A stretch of DNA of 39,566 bases from a virus (Duplodnaviria > Caudoviricetes), in IMG/VR virus record IMGVR_UViG_3300032221_000405, positions 1 through 39,566 of that record. One strand, given 5' to 3'. The notes beneath the pieces were generated by a model. That model had not been told where the DNA came from and did no database searches. It worked only from the letters and a program-made list of their open reading frames with translations. Numbering within the stretch: the stretch's first letter is position 1; every line of letters starts with the position of its first letter. This document shows, in pieces, positions 1 through 8,756 of the stretch. Position numbers and translations under genes: made by a program.

Positions 1-1131
1 CGTCCCATCCGGCAGCTTGTTCTTAGGCGTCAAAAGGTCAATCGTGACAATGCTATTAAGATTAATCGGCTGGCTAAAATGAACTGTGTTCGTCTTCGCA
101 TCTACAGTGTAATCACCTTGGACTGGCGGCGTTGCAGTCGCATCGCCAGGCATCAGCAACACACCATTAACATGAACCTCTACAGGCTCAGTATCCGTCG
201 TCGATAACGTAAATGAGCTGCCGTAAAGGTCTGCAGCGGTAAGAACAAAATCTTGTTGAGCTGCAGCAGGCTTATAATAGAGAGAAGTGCATAACGCCTT
301 CTGTGGGCTCCAAAACGGCACCCACCCGCCGCCGTTCCAAATATGCGGCTTATTCGTCGTCGTGTTAAAATATATCGCGCCAGGAGCTGGCGTCCCACCA
401 GCAACAGACGCCGTCGCCGTTGCATGGTCAGGATGAATGCCTGCATACAAACTCTGCAGCTTGCCAAACGCATTTGCTGCGCGATTAGCCCACCAGCGCG
501 CTGACCAATGTGCGCCCGAGACGCCCATATTCGCTAAGATATTCGCAGGTATCGTCTGGTCTGACTTACCGTCAGCACCCATCCACTCAGCCCAATAAGC
601 TGAGAGCGTCGAATACTGCTGGCTCAACTGCATCGCGCCAGACGCCGCATTCACAGCATTCTGTATCTGGCTGAGAAGACCCTGAGCCTGCGTCAATACA
701 TCAGCAGCATGAGCCTCCGCATGCTGAATACGCAAAAGCGTCGGGTTAGTCCTGGCGTCAATCTTGTTCGCGTCAGCAGCTATCTGAGCTTGCGCCTGTA
801 ACGCATTCGCCGCAGCCTGCTGCGCCAGCTGTTGCGCCTGCGCAACAAGAGCACGCGCAGCAGAAATCTGCGCGACATCACTCTGAATGCTTAATCTGAA
901 ACCGTCCGTCAGCTCGCCAAGCAAATCAACAGCGAGCGTCTCCTTGTGGACGCTATGATTTGCTAAATGCCCGTCAGTCCGGCGGATGTCATCAAGCTGC
1001 TTCGAGACCTCAACAATCGCTCGCCGAACCGCGGCAAACTCATCATCTAAAGCATCCCCAGGAAGAGGCGCGGAGGGTCTCGTCGCCGCAAAACTGCGGA
1101 ACGAAAACAGCTTCTTAATATCAACCGGCAC
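1..1131 (-). CDS. Tail fibre/tail protein, N-terminal part (runs off the window start)
   Basis: Missing from the ORF track because it has no stop in the window. GTG at 1131 with GAGAGGG RBS. Reads MPVDIKKLFSFRSFAATRPSAPLPGDALDDEFAAV..., then an Ala/Gln coiled-coil, and is still in frame at base 1 (...KNKLPDGT). The N-terminus resembles podovirus fibre anchor domains. Confidence 0.7.
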   Translation of the reverse strand, partial: MPVDIKKLFSFRSFAATRPSAPLPGDALDDEFAAVRRAIVEVSKQLDDIRRTDGHLANHSVHKETLAVDLLGELTDGFRLSIQSDVAQISAARALVAQAQQLAQQAAANALQAQAQIAADANKIDARTNPTLLRIQHAEAHAADVLTQAQGLLSQIQNAVNAASGAMQLSQQYSTLSAYWAEWMGADGKSDQTIPANILANMGVSGAHWSARWWANRAANAFGKLQSLYAGIHPDHATATASVAGGTPAPGAIYFNTTTNKPHIWNGGGWVPFWSPQKALCTSLYYKPAAAQQDFVLTAADLYGSSFTLSTTDTEPVEVHVNGVLLMPGDATATPPVQGDYTVDAKTNTVHFSQPINLNSIVTIDLLTPKNKLPDGT

Positions 1132-1211
1132 CGGGGGCCCTCTCAGATACAAAGACAGGCGCACTCTACGGTTGAGGACTGAGGGCGGCGGTGCAGAGAT
1201 TTGTCAATCAT

Positions 1212-1230
1212 TATGCTCAATATGAGCATA
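1212..1230. promoter_or_regulatory. Palindromic operator-like site TATGCTCA-ATA-TGAGCATA
   Basis: Perfect 8-bp inverted repeat just upstream of a minus-strand TTGACA (1207-1202). Near copy at 1794-1811. Confidence 0.55.
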
Positions 1231-1258
1231 TATAATATAGAGACGCAGAAAAATTGCG

Positions 1259-1276
1259 TTCCGGAGTAATCCGGAA
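1259..1276. repeat. Palindrome TTCCGGA-GTAA-TCCGGAA
   Basis: 7-bp inverted repeat; its 16-bp core matches 8083-8098 at 14/16 positions. Confidence 0.55.
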
Positions 1277-1416
1277 GGGCCCGTTAAGCCCGTTGGCGTT
1301 TCGAACTTAAAATTACGAAAATTTTGGCGGTGCGTCTGCGATTTCGTCTTTGGTCCCAGCCGAGGAGGGCCGGGGGGCGGATTTGATTGTCAACCAGCCG
1401 CCCCTGGGGTGGGCCG

Positions 1417-1461
1417 TCCCTTCGTAAGGGAGAGGACAAGCCAATGATATTAATGACTTAC
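1417..1461 (+). repeat. Degenerate inverted copy of the attP core plus IHF-like site
   Basis: TCCCTTCGTAAGGGAGAGG is 18/19 identical to the reverse complement of 18154-18172. It is followed by CCAATGATATTAATGACTTAC, 16/21 identical to the attP flank. Confidence 0.55.
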
Positions 1462-1489
1462 GCAAATGTCCGGCATGCCGAACGCAACA

Positions 1490-1738
1490 CTACCCCCGGG
1501 GGTTGGTCCGCGACAGGCGCCTAATCTCGGCGTCTATCTCACTGGCGTTCATTTCTGATAGGCTTTTGCTTTCAATGTCTTGCGCGCCTTCTGCGTTCCT
1601 CCCGAGCAGTCCGGCTATCTCGGCGAGGCTCCTGGCCGCGGCGCCTCTCGCAGCAGCAGGCGCGGCCTTGTCAAGAGCAACTTCACGCAAAACAATGACC
1701 GCAACGTCTCGAATTGGTAAGTCATTGTTTTCAATCAT
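1490..1738 (-). CDS. Small helical protein, candidate terminase small subunit
   Basis: 82 aa, ATGA overlap with the upstream gene. C-terminal LSEMNASEIDAEIRRL resembles TerS tails; lies next to a G/C-run plus AAAATTTT intergenic region. Confidence 0.5.
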   Translation of the reverse strand: MIENNDLPIRDVAVIVLREVALDKAAPAAARGAAARSLAEIAGLLGRNAEGAQDIESKSLSEMNASEIDAEIRRLSRTNPRG

Positions 1739-2127
1739 TTTTGTCGCTTTTTATTTATCAATTCGTGCAGCCTTTTTCCGGTCTCATATACATTATGCTC
1801 ATATTGAGTATTACCCAAGACCGTCTTAGGGTGGTAATTAGATACCACATCGTTTAAATCGTCAGAGAAGGCCAGTGAGCACAGGTAGCGCTTCGCATAT
1901 CTAAACGGGCTGTCCGCCTTATGCTTGGCCTCTACGGGCTTCCCTGTCCTATCATCAATAAACTTAGCTGTTGGCTTGCGCGCTCCGTGCACTTTGCACG
2001 TCTTCATCCCGAACGCCGCAGGGTTTTTACACCGCGCACCGGTCTGACGGTTCTTAGCGGTGCATTGCTTATGCGCCCCAGTGCCAAAATACGTTTTGTG
2101 CCGAACAGCCTCCAGCCTCTCAATCAC
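1735..2127 (-). CDS. HGGxSTG-like Cys/His domain protein
   Basis: CTAKNRQTGARCKNPAAFGMKTCKVHGA motif. Likely GTG start at 2127 overlapping the upstream TGA. Confidence 0.65.
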   Translation of the reverse strand: MIERLEAVRHKTYFGTGAHKQCTAKNRQTGARCKNPAAFGMKTCKVHGARKPTAKFIDDRTGKPVEAKHKADSPFRYAKRYLCSLAFSDDLNDVVSNYHPKTVLGNTQYEHNVYETGKRLHELINKKRQK

Positions 2128-2207
2128 AACGCCCTCATCAAAGCCGCGTAGCCAACACCGACGCCAATAACAATCAGCGCCAAATCCCACGTCGTCAACA
2201 ACGCCAT
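2124..2207 (-). CDS. 27-aa single-TM peptide
   Basis: MALLTTWDLALIVIGVGVGYAALMRAL; fills the gap between neighbours, with GTGA coupling downstream. Confidence 0.45.
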   Translation of the reverse strand: MALLTTWDLALIVIGVGVGYAALMRAL

Positions 2208-2211
2208 GTCC

Positions 2212-2478
2212 TTACTCCATCTCAACGCCAAGCGCCTCGGCATAATCACCCATAGCCCTCATGCGCTCCATAAACGCGGCGCGCTTCTCTGGGTCTCTCA
2301 GCCGTATCAATTGCTCCACTGCGCCCATATCAAACCCCAGCGCCTTACCCGCCGACTTAATCGCCTTAATCTCCTCCGCGACATCCGCCCGAGCGTCCAT
2401 CCGCTCCGAGAGCCTATCCGCCACGGCCACCAACTCAGCCATCAAATTATGTTGCCGCCCTGCTTCCACATCACTCAT
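2212..2478 (-). CDS. gapR: GapR/DUF2312 family DNA-binding protein
   Basis: EEIKAIKSAGKALGFDMGAVEQLIRLRD and YAEALG match the family pattern; GGAG RBS before ATG at 2478. Confidence 0.8.
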   Translation of the reverse strand: MSDVEAGRQHNLMAELVAVADRLSERMDARADVAEEIKAIKSAGKALGFDMGAVEQLIRLRDPEKRAAFMERMRAMGDYAEALGVEME

Positions 2479-2539
2479 CGTCTGCACTCCATATCGCCAA
2501 AACCAACGACCAGGACACCATGAGCGGCGCCACCTCAAT

Positions 2540-2818
2540 CTGTCAATTCAGGCGCCCATAATCACCTTTTCCGTCACGCCCGCCCCCATAAATGGTGGCC
2601 CCATTATGCAGGCCCAGGACTTTAGGGTCCTGGGCGCATGCAAATTTATGGCATTTTACACCCATTTGACCCGCCTTTACCAAGTATATTCAATTACTTA
2701 GCACACTGGCCCACCAGCCGACCAAAGTGGGCCAAAATCGGGGGTCTTTGGCCCACCCTAATTGTGATACATTTAGTCACAAAAATAATCCAAATCACTA
2801 TTAGTCACTGTCAGATGA
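2540..2818. other. Repeat-rich intergenic region, candidate replication origin or control region
   Basis: Several GGCCCA/GCCCCAT repeats, two hairpins (about 2612-2635 and 2707-2734) and an AT-rich segment directly downstream of the primase gene. Confidence 0.4.
2794..2808. promoter_or_regulatory. Repressor operator copy ATCACTATTAGTCAC
   Basis: 13/15 match to the palindrome GTGACTA-T-TAGTCAC; further half-sites at about 2773-2780 and 2871-2878. Confidence 0.55.
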
Positions 2819-5014
2819 CTAAATGTCACATGGCGTTTTTTCGCGTTTTTGACGCTTCTGAACGTGATTTGTGACTAATTGTTCACCCCTCTTTGTGATT
2901 GTGAACTGCTTAGTTTCCCCATCTTGGGTTATCGCCTTATCGCGTATGAGCTTGCTGATTGCGCGCCTAACGGGCGACCTGCCCTTGTTGAGCGCCCGAG
3001 ATATTTCCAATTGCGTTACGCGCCTGTTCGGGTAGACCATGAGATACATCAACACGCGTATTGGGACGCTTGTGTCATCTCCGTCATCATCACCCCCGCC
3101 ATCGCCCCTGCCGTCATCACCGGCCACCGCCGCGGCCTCCGCGGCCCTCTCTCCAGCCGCCCGGATACCTGTCTCAGCGACATAAGCGGCCGCGAACGGC
3201 TTGCCCTTGGCGTCCGACCCCAGGTCCATTGACCGGAGCTCGAAGCCTATTCTCTCGCCCTCTTCGCCGGCCCTGTTCTTCTCATGCACAACGCGCCTGT
3301 TGCGCACCACCCCAGTGACCGCGTCCCTGTCGCACAACACGGCCAGGGCGCTTTCGCCTGCGGCTCGGGACGCAGATGCGCCGCGCAGTCCGGTCGACGC
3401 GTCCTTCCCATAATGGTGCAACACAATCGTGGCCGCCTCCACATGGGCGCCGATTTCATCCGCCCATTTACACGTCATCTGCATTTCCGAATTGCTGTTC
3501 TCATCCTTAATCGAGAACGCGGCGGCCAGCGTGTCTATGACCACGGCCCCGACGCGCACATCAAACCGGGCCCTGAGTTCCTCAGTAACTCTCTTGACCC
3601 GCGCCTTGAATGAGAGCCGAGAGGCTGCGTCCGATAGGTTGGGGACGCGCTTGATAATCGCTATAGGCAGGTTCTCATCAATAAACACCGCCCGCTTTGC
3701 GGCCGCTATGCGTGGCGCGATTGTCGCAGCGCCCTCTGCCGCGACATAAATCACGCCCAGGCGTTCCACAATATCATGCCCGCAATACCGACCGGCTGTA
3801 GCGAGCCCCACCGCGAGATGTATGGCCTGGAACGTCTTGCCTGCGCCGGATTGCCCGCCGATAAACGTCAACCCTTCCGCCGGTATCATGTCCTCAACGA
3901 TACAAGCCACCGGCTCTGGGGGCGCGTCGCCGTCAAACCAGACGCCGTAGAACTCATCATCATCATGCTGCGTGTAGGGCTGCCGGTCCTTGCGCGCCTG
4001 CGCGAATGCCGCCTTCTCCTCGTCCGTAAGCTCTGCAAACATAGACGGGCCGGCGTCTTGAACGACACGGTCTCTGAGCTCAATGAGCCCGAGCCTTTCA
4101 AGATGGTGCATCAACAGGCCAGCGCCCGCTTTGACCGAATCCATATCCAGGCGGTCCCAGGTCTTTGCCGCCTTGTCCGGGTTTATCGGCGGCCCGTCTG
4201 GGTGCTCCTGGGACGCCCATTCAATCCAAATGTCCCGCGCCCATTCCGCGCCGTCAGCGGCGCCGGCGATGGCATACATCATCGCGATTCTAGTATTGCG
4301 TTCCGTGAAGTATCCGTCTCTTGGAATTGCGCGCACTGCGGCCAGGAGCACAGAGTCCGATAAGACTAAGCGCTGTTCCTTGTCCGCTTCCAGGCGCCCA
4401 TTCTTAGCCCTGCGCTGCGTTGAGAGTTCTACTTTGACGCCGCTCTCATTGAGCACGGCGGTAATATCCTCCCCGAGCTGTCTGAGCTGGTCATTCGTAA
4501 CAACAGGCAGGAGCGCCGCCGGGAGAAATCCATCCCACTGCAGGCGAGCGCCGCCCTTATCCTCACGCGTGCCAAGAATATGCACTTGCCCGCCGTGTAG
4601 GGCTTCGACGAGCAGGTGGCCTGCGCCTGGGACATCGTCAGGCCGTGGGATGCACCATGACGCCACCGGACCGTCCGTCGCCAGCAGGAACGCCTTGCTT
4701 GGCGAGCCCGGCCTCGACCGGCATGGGGCGTCTGGGAATTTCTCCCTGACGAGCGCCGCAATAGAGTCCCCGAGCGGGCTGTCCTCAACATCAATCGCCG
4801 TGTAGCTGGAGAGCCTCAGACCAATATTGGCGCCATCATATTTGACCCTTTGATACAAATCCTCAGCCGAATATTCATTGCCATTCCAGCCCTTCTCGAA
4901 CGTGACCTTCGACCCCGCCTCCAGCGGGATTAAACTCTCAGCAAATCCACTATGGACCCAGCGTTCCGTTTCATTGAGCGTTTCTAGGGCGGCTTGATTG
5001 CTCTGCGTATTCAT
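2819..5014 (-). CDS. Primase-helicase: Prim-Pol N-domain, PriCT-2-like linker, AAA_25 (RepA-like) helicase, C-terminal wHTH
   Basis: NIGLRLSSYTAIDVE primpol motif, Walker A GGQSGAGKT, Walker B VVIDT, HHYGK...RGAS; AGGAG RBS. Confidence 0.88.
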   Translation of the reverse strand: MNTQSNQAALETLNETERWVHSGFAESLIPLEAGSKVTFEKGWNGNEYSAEDLYQRVKYDGANIGLRLSSYTAIDVEDSPLGDSIAALVREKFPDAPCRSRPGSPSKAFLLATDGPVASWCIPRPDDVPGAGHLLVEALHGGQVHILGTREDKGGARLQWDGFLPAALLPVVTNDQLRQLGEDITAVLNESGVKVELSTQRRAKNGRLEADKEQRLVLSDSVLLAAVRAIPRDGYFTERNTRIAMMYAIAGAADGAEWARDIWIEWASQEHPDGPPINPDKAAKTWDRLDMDSVKAGAGLLMHHLERLGLIELRDRVVQDAGPSMFAELTDEEKAAFAQARKDRQPYTQHDDDEFYGVWFDGDAPPEPVACIVEDMIPAEGLTFIGGQSGAGKTFQAIHLAVGLATAGRYCGHDIVERLGVIYVAAEGAATIAPRIAAAKRAVFIDENLPIAIIKRVPNLSDAASRLSFKARVKRVTEELRARFDVRVGAVVIDTLAAAFSIKDENSNSEMQMTCKWADEIGAHVEAATIVLHHYGKDASTGLRGASASRAAGESALAVLCDRDAVTGVVRNRRVVHEKNRAGEEGERIGFELRSMDLGSDAKGKPFAAAYVAETGIRAAGERAAEAAAVAGDDGRGDGGGDDDGDDTSVPIRVLMYLMVYPNRRVTQLEISRALNKGRSPVRRAISKLIRDKAITQDGETKQFTITKRGEQLVTNHVQKRQKREKTPCDI

Positions 5015-5151
5015 CTAAGATTCTCCTGTAGGTGGATGGTTTACGGCCAGAGGTTTTCGGTCCTGCCGGCCATGTCTGTTCGCTCAGAGGCTGCGGTGGT
5101 TTGGTCGCCCCGCAGCCTCGCCCCTCATGTCCCCCGCGGTCTTCATGCCGA

Positions 5152-7137
5152 TTATTTCTTGAAGCGCTGCATAATCGCCCCCTCCGCGCCTATAGGCAGG
5201 TCAGGGCCCCACGCCGGCGGGGTTTGCATAATCGCCCGTATCTCATCGAACGCTGCGGCCTCGCGCCCTATAGGCGCCTCGCAGACAATCTCATCGTGAA
5301 CAGACATCGTGACCGGATAGCCCGCGGCCTCAATGCGCAGCATGGCGTCACACATCAAATCCCTTGCTGTCGCTTGAACAAGATTCTCTAATGCGCGCCC
5401 GCCATAGTGTTGTATGCCGGACCAGGTGCCATCATCACGTTGCCGCGCAATCTGCGCGCCGTTATCGTAACCAGAATAAATGAGCGCCTCGAAGTCTGAG
5501 CGTCCAAACTTCTCAATCGTTGCAATTTGCGGATTGCGATAGAACAGCGAGCGACCGGTCGGCAGGCTCATCATCAAGCAGGGCTGATTGTTTTTCGCCT
5601 GGAGCACATAGAACTGTGTGAACGCATTCACGTTAACGACAGACGACTTTGATGGGGACTGCTGCGCCAGGCGTGTCGCGACCTTCAGCGACAGGTCTAG
5701 CTTGTCCCACATCGCCTTGATGCGGTTGTTCGCCTGGCGCCAAGCAGAGACAATCTCTTGACTGCTATCCTCCGTTAAATTGAGCCCATAACCTTCCGCG
5801 AACTCAATGAACTTCTTCGCGCCTAACCCAAATCCAAGACCAAGCGTCGCCGCTTTACCCGCCTGTCGTGAGCCGAGCCCAAGCCTATCGGAAGTAAATT
5901 GATATGGGTCCTCCCCGCGGCGAAACACATCAACGAGGTCATCTTGGTTGCATAGATACGCCGTGAGGCGCGATTCAATTTGCGAGAAGTCGAAGCCGAT
6001 AAACACATGGCCTTTGCGCGGAATAATTGTTCCTCTGATAAGAGACGAGACGACCTCCAGCGGCGAGCCGTAGAAAGCAGAAAGCCCGTCGGCGTCCATG
6101 CCGCGCAAAATGTCATTAATGGCGCTGTCTGGGTCCTTGACAGAACCTCTCGGCAGATTGTGCGGCTGCGGGCCTTTTGCGCTAAACCTCCCCGTAGCCG
6201 CCCCAAAATATTTCATCATATATCTGCAGGCGCCGTCCTCATCCGCAAACTCAGTGACGGCGTTGAGCTTTGCCGTTGATGACTTCGCGCCTTCAGCGCG
6301 CAGTTCGAGCAGCTCTTTTTGCACCGGGGTAAAGTCCGTGCGTTTAAGAAGTTTCGGCATCGCCTTCTTATCGAATGAATCAACACGACCATCGAAGAAG
6401 TCCCGCATGCGCTTATGCTCAGTGCCGGGTGATGTAATGACGCCGTTCGTTATGAGCGCAGCGCGTTCATTGAGCCGCGAGGACGCAATGATTGTAACTT
6501 CCTTCAGCTTATCGACGAGCGCCATATCGAACATAACGCCACGCCTGTTGATGCGAATATCGAGCTCATAGATTTTGCGCTCATGTTCCGGCAGCTGCGG
6601 AACGACCCGCGCAATAGCGCGCTCGGCTTCAACGTCGCGGCGACAATATTCTTCAAGCGCATCAAGTTTTGCTTTGTCCTCGTCGTGCCACCAACGGAGG
6701 ACTCCGTCTTTATTTACACGCGGCCGCGCCATCTGCAGCATAAGACGGCGCGCCGATTTATCCTTTAAACTCTCATCATCAATTGCAAGAACGTCGCCTG
6801 CATCTGACAAAGAAGCAGGCGCGCCAGAATACATTGCACGCGCTTGCGTGCATTCGAGTTGCTCGGGCGTCGTGTCAATATAAAAGAAATTTTCAAGGAC
6901 GCAGGCTTCGAACCCTAAATTCCAGCCGCGTAATTTACCGCCCGCTTTTATGTGTTGCTCAACATCACGCGGCAATTGCTGCGGGAGCTGAATAGATTCT
7001 ATTGGTCCATCGTCCCACGCGTATGCGAGTATTGTAACAATGAACGATGGGTGGCGCGTGTATCGACTGACGCCGACCTTCGTGATGTCAAGCAGACACG
7101 CAGTCTCGAAGTCGAGCGAAAGCACTCTCTCTGACAT
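5152..7137 (-). CDS. polA: Family A DNA polymerase (APSE/Bcep-like) with 3'-5' exonuclease
   Basis: Exonuclease LDFET, TGRFS, motif A DFSQIESR, motif B RQAGKAATLGLGFG, motif C VHDEIV. Confidence 0.95.
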   Translation of the reverse strand: MSERVLSLDFETACLLDITKVGVSRYTRHPSFIVTILAYAWDDGPIESIQLPQQLPRDVEQHIKAGGKLRGWNLGFEACVLENFFYIDTTPEQLECTQARAMYSGAPASLSDAGDVLAIDDESLKDKSARRLMLQMARPRVNKDGVLRWWHDEDKAKLDALEEYCRRDVEAERAIARVVPQLPEHERKIYELDIRINRRGVMFDMALVDKLKEVTIIASSRLNERAALITNGVITSPGTEHKRMRDFFDGRVDSFDKKAMPKLLKRTDFTPVQKELLELRAEGAKSSTAKLNAVTEFADEDGACRYMMKYFGAATGRFSAKGPQPHNLPRGSVKDPDSAINDILRGMDADGLSAFYGSPLEVVSSLIRGTIIPRKGHVFIGFDFSQIESRLTAYLCNQDDLVDVFRRGEDPYQFTSDRLGLGSRQAGKAATLGLGFGLGAKKFIEFAEGYGLNLTEDSSQEIVSAWRQANNRIKAMWDKLDLSLKVATRLAQQSPSKSSVVNVNAFTQFYVLQAKNNQPCLMMSLPTGRSLFYRNPQIATIEKFGRSDFEALIYSGYDNGAQIARQRDDGTWSGIQHYGGRALENLVQATARDLMCDAMLRIEAAGYPVTMSVHDEIVCEAPIGREAAAFDEIRAIMQTPPAWGPDLPIGAEGAIMQRFKK

Positions 7138-7143
7138 GACGGA

Positions 7144-7347
7144 TTAACCTGGATAATTTCTAATCGGATAGAAAAACTGCAGGCTCAGTTTCTCTTCGAT
7201 GTTGTCCACTTGCGTCAGCTCCGCGCCAACAAGCGTTGATTCACGCAGCGCGGAGAACTCTAAAATTTTTCTGTAATCGCACAGCGCTCTGTGCAGCGCC
7301 TGCGATTCAGCTGGCGTCAGGGTCAAAGTTATCTTGTTATCAGACAT
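7144..7347 (-). CDS. Hypothetical protein (67 aa)
   Basis: ATG at 7347 preceded by AGAAGGACCGA; MSDNKITLTLTPAESQAL... Confidence 0.6.
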   Translation of the reverse strand: MSDNKITLTLTPAESQALHRALCDYRKILEFSALRESTLVGAELTQVDNIEEKLSLQFFYPIRNYPG

Positions 7348-7729
7348 GGGGTCGGTCCTTCTTATATCGCCATGGCGTGGTCGTCGCCGTATCGTTTGCG
7401 GCACAATTCCGCAAAGCCAACGATTCTGCACAATCCTTTCGAAACGGTTAACCGTCAAGGATTTCCCCAAATAAGATTCTGAAATTTAAATAACTGTTGA
7501 AACCCCTTCCAATATTGCGAAGTATTTGAGAAAATTTCTCCACAATACAAATTAAGCAAAATCAATTGGTTATCTTTACACCCCACCTATAAAGGCCGCT
7601 CCCTAAACGAGGGAGTCGTCTGTTTTCGTTAGTGACTATATCTTGACGCCGTCCCAGACTCGTTGTTTTACGGAAAACATGAAACGCGAAAATCTTCGTT
7701 TCATCAATGAGTGCAGAAGGACCGAAAAA

Positions 7730-8752
7730 ATGAAAGCAGACATCGTAAATGCAAGTTTGGCGTCTATCGACGCCAACCCATTCCGAATGACCAATGAATA
7801 CCCATACGTTGAAGCAAAAATTCAAGCGCTGATGCGCTCAATCGAAGATGTAGGCGTATGGGAAGGCATCATCGTTCGAAAGAAAGGCAACCGATACCAG
7901 CTCGCTTTCGGGCATCATAGAGCCGAAGCAGCCCGCCGTCTTGGCATGGCCCGCATCCCGCTCATTGTTCGTGAATTAAGCGACGAAGAGATGCTGCAGT
8001 TTATGGGGCGCGAAAACCTGGAAGATTATAACGCCAGCTTCAATTGTATGCTTGAAACGTGGGAGGCTGCCCTTCGTTTTTATCCGGAGTTTTCCGGAGA
8101 AACCGGTAGCGCGGTAAAAATTGCTACGCTTTTGGGGTGGACGTCGCGGCATTCAAAATCTGGCACGGCGCAAATAAATGATACCGCCCGGGCGTGCTCC
8201 GCTGCGGCGTCATTAATTGCCGACGGTTTTATCACCCGCGCCTCATTGGACGGCCTCGATGTAAAAGCTGCGCAATGTATTGTCGAACGCGCAGTCGTCC
8301 GTATGAAGCAAATTGATGAATCTGGCCGTCGTAATAACACGCCTGCGCGAGAAATAGCCGCCGCTAAAAAGCACGTTGCTGCTGCGGCCAAACACGTAGC
8401 TCGCCAGGCAGTTGAAGGTAAGATTGCAGGCAAAGACCTCAGAAACAAAGTCGATGAAACCGCCTTTCGCCGCGCTAACGCAACGCAAAAGCAGACGCCG
8501 TTGTTTGCGGTGTTTTCGGACTCGCTTGCCGAACAGATTCACAAAATGCTGACAAAAGATTCTGCCGCTGAGAAATTGGCGCAGATTGTTGAGTCACTCC
8601 CCAACGTCACGATGGACGAAGACCGTGTCGCCATCCGTCGTGTCGACTTCGCGCTTGCTGAACTCGAACATCAAGCAGCAGCGTGGAGAAAGAAGCTGGC
8701 GCGTCGAGGCGCCAAAGTTGTCCCGTATCTACAGCTTGTTAAGGAGGGTTAA
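7730..8752 (+). CDS. ParB/Srx (CTPase-fold) domain protein with helical C-terminus
   Basis: IDANPFR, IIVR...YQLAFGHHRAEAA (GxxRxxA) and EN motifs. AAGGA RBS before ATG at 7730; the track starts it at 7643. Confidence 0.85.
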   Translation: MKADIVNASLASIDANPFRMTNEYPYVEAKIQALMRSIEDVGVWEGIIVRKKGNRYQLAFGHHRAEAARRLGMARIPLIVRELSDEEMLQFMGRENLEDYNASFNCMLETWEAALRFYPEFSGETGSAVKIATLLGWTSRHSKSGTAQINDTARACSAAASLIADGFITRASLDGLDVKAAQCIVERAVVRMKQIDESGRRNNTPAREIAAAKKHVAAAAKHVARQAVEGKIAGKDLRNKVDETAFRRANATQKQTPLFAVFSDSLAEQIHKMLTKDSAAEKLAQIVESLPNVTMDEDRVAIRRVDFALAELEHQAAAWRKKLARRGAKVVPYLQLVKEG

Positions 8753-8756
8753 TCGT

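Noticed and set aside
180-473. 97-aa minus-strand track ORF
   Set aside because: Alternative frame inside the tail fibre gene.
1-1131. Diversity-generating retroelement, as in BPP-1-like phages
   Set aside because: No reverse transcriptase or TR/VR pair is visible; the missing part of the genome cannot be assessed.
2879-7134. Long plus-strand ORFs such as 4083..4805 and 3776..4363
   Set aside because: Antisense shadows of the primase and polymerase genes in GC-rich DNA, with no recognisable motifs. The same applies to plus-strand ORFs over the virion operon.
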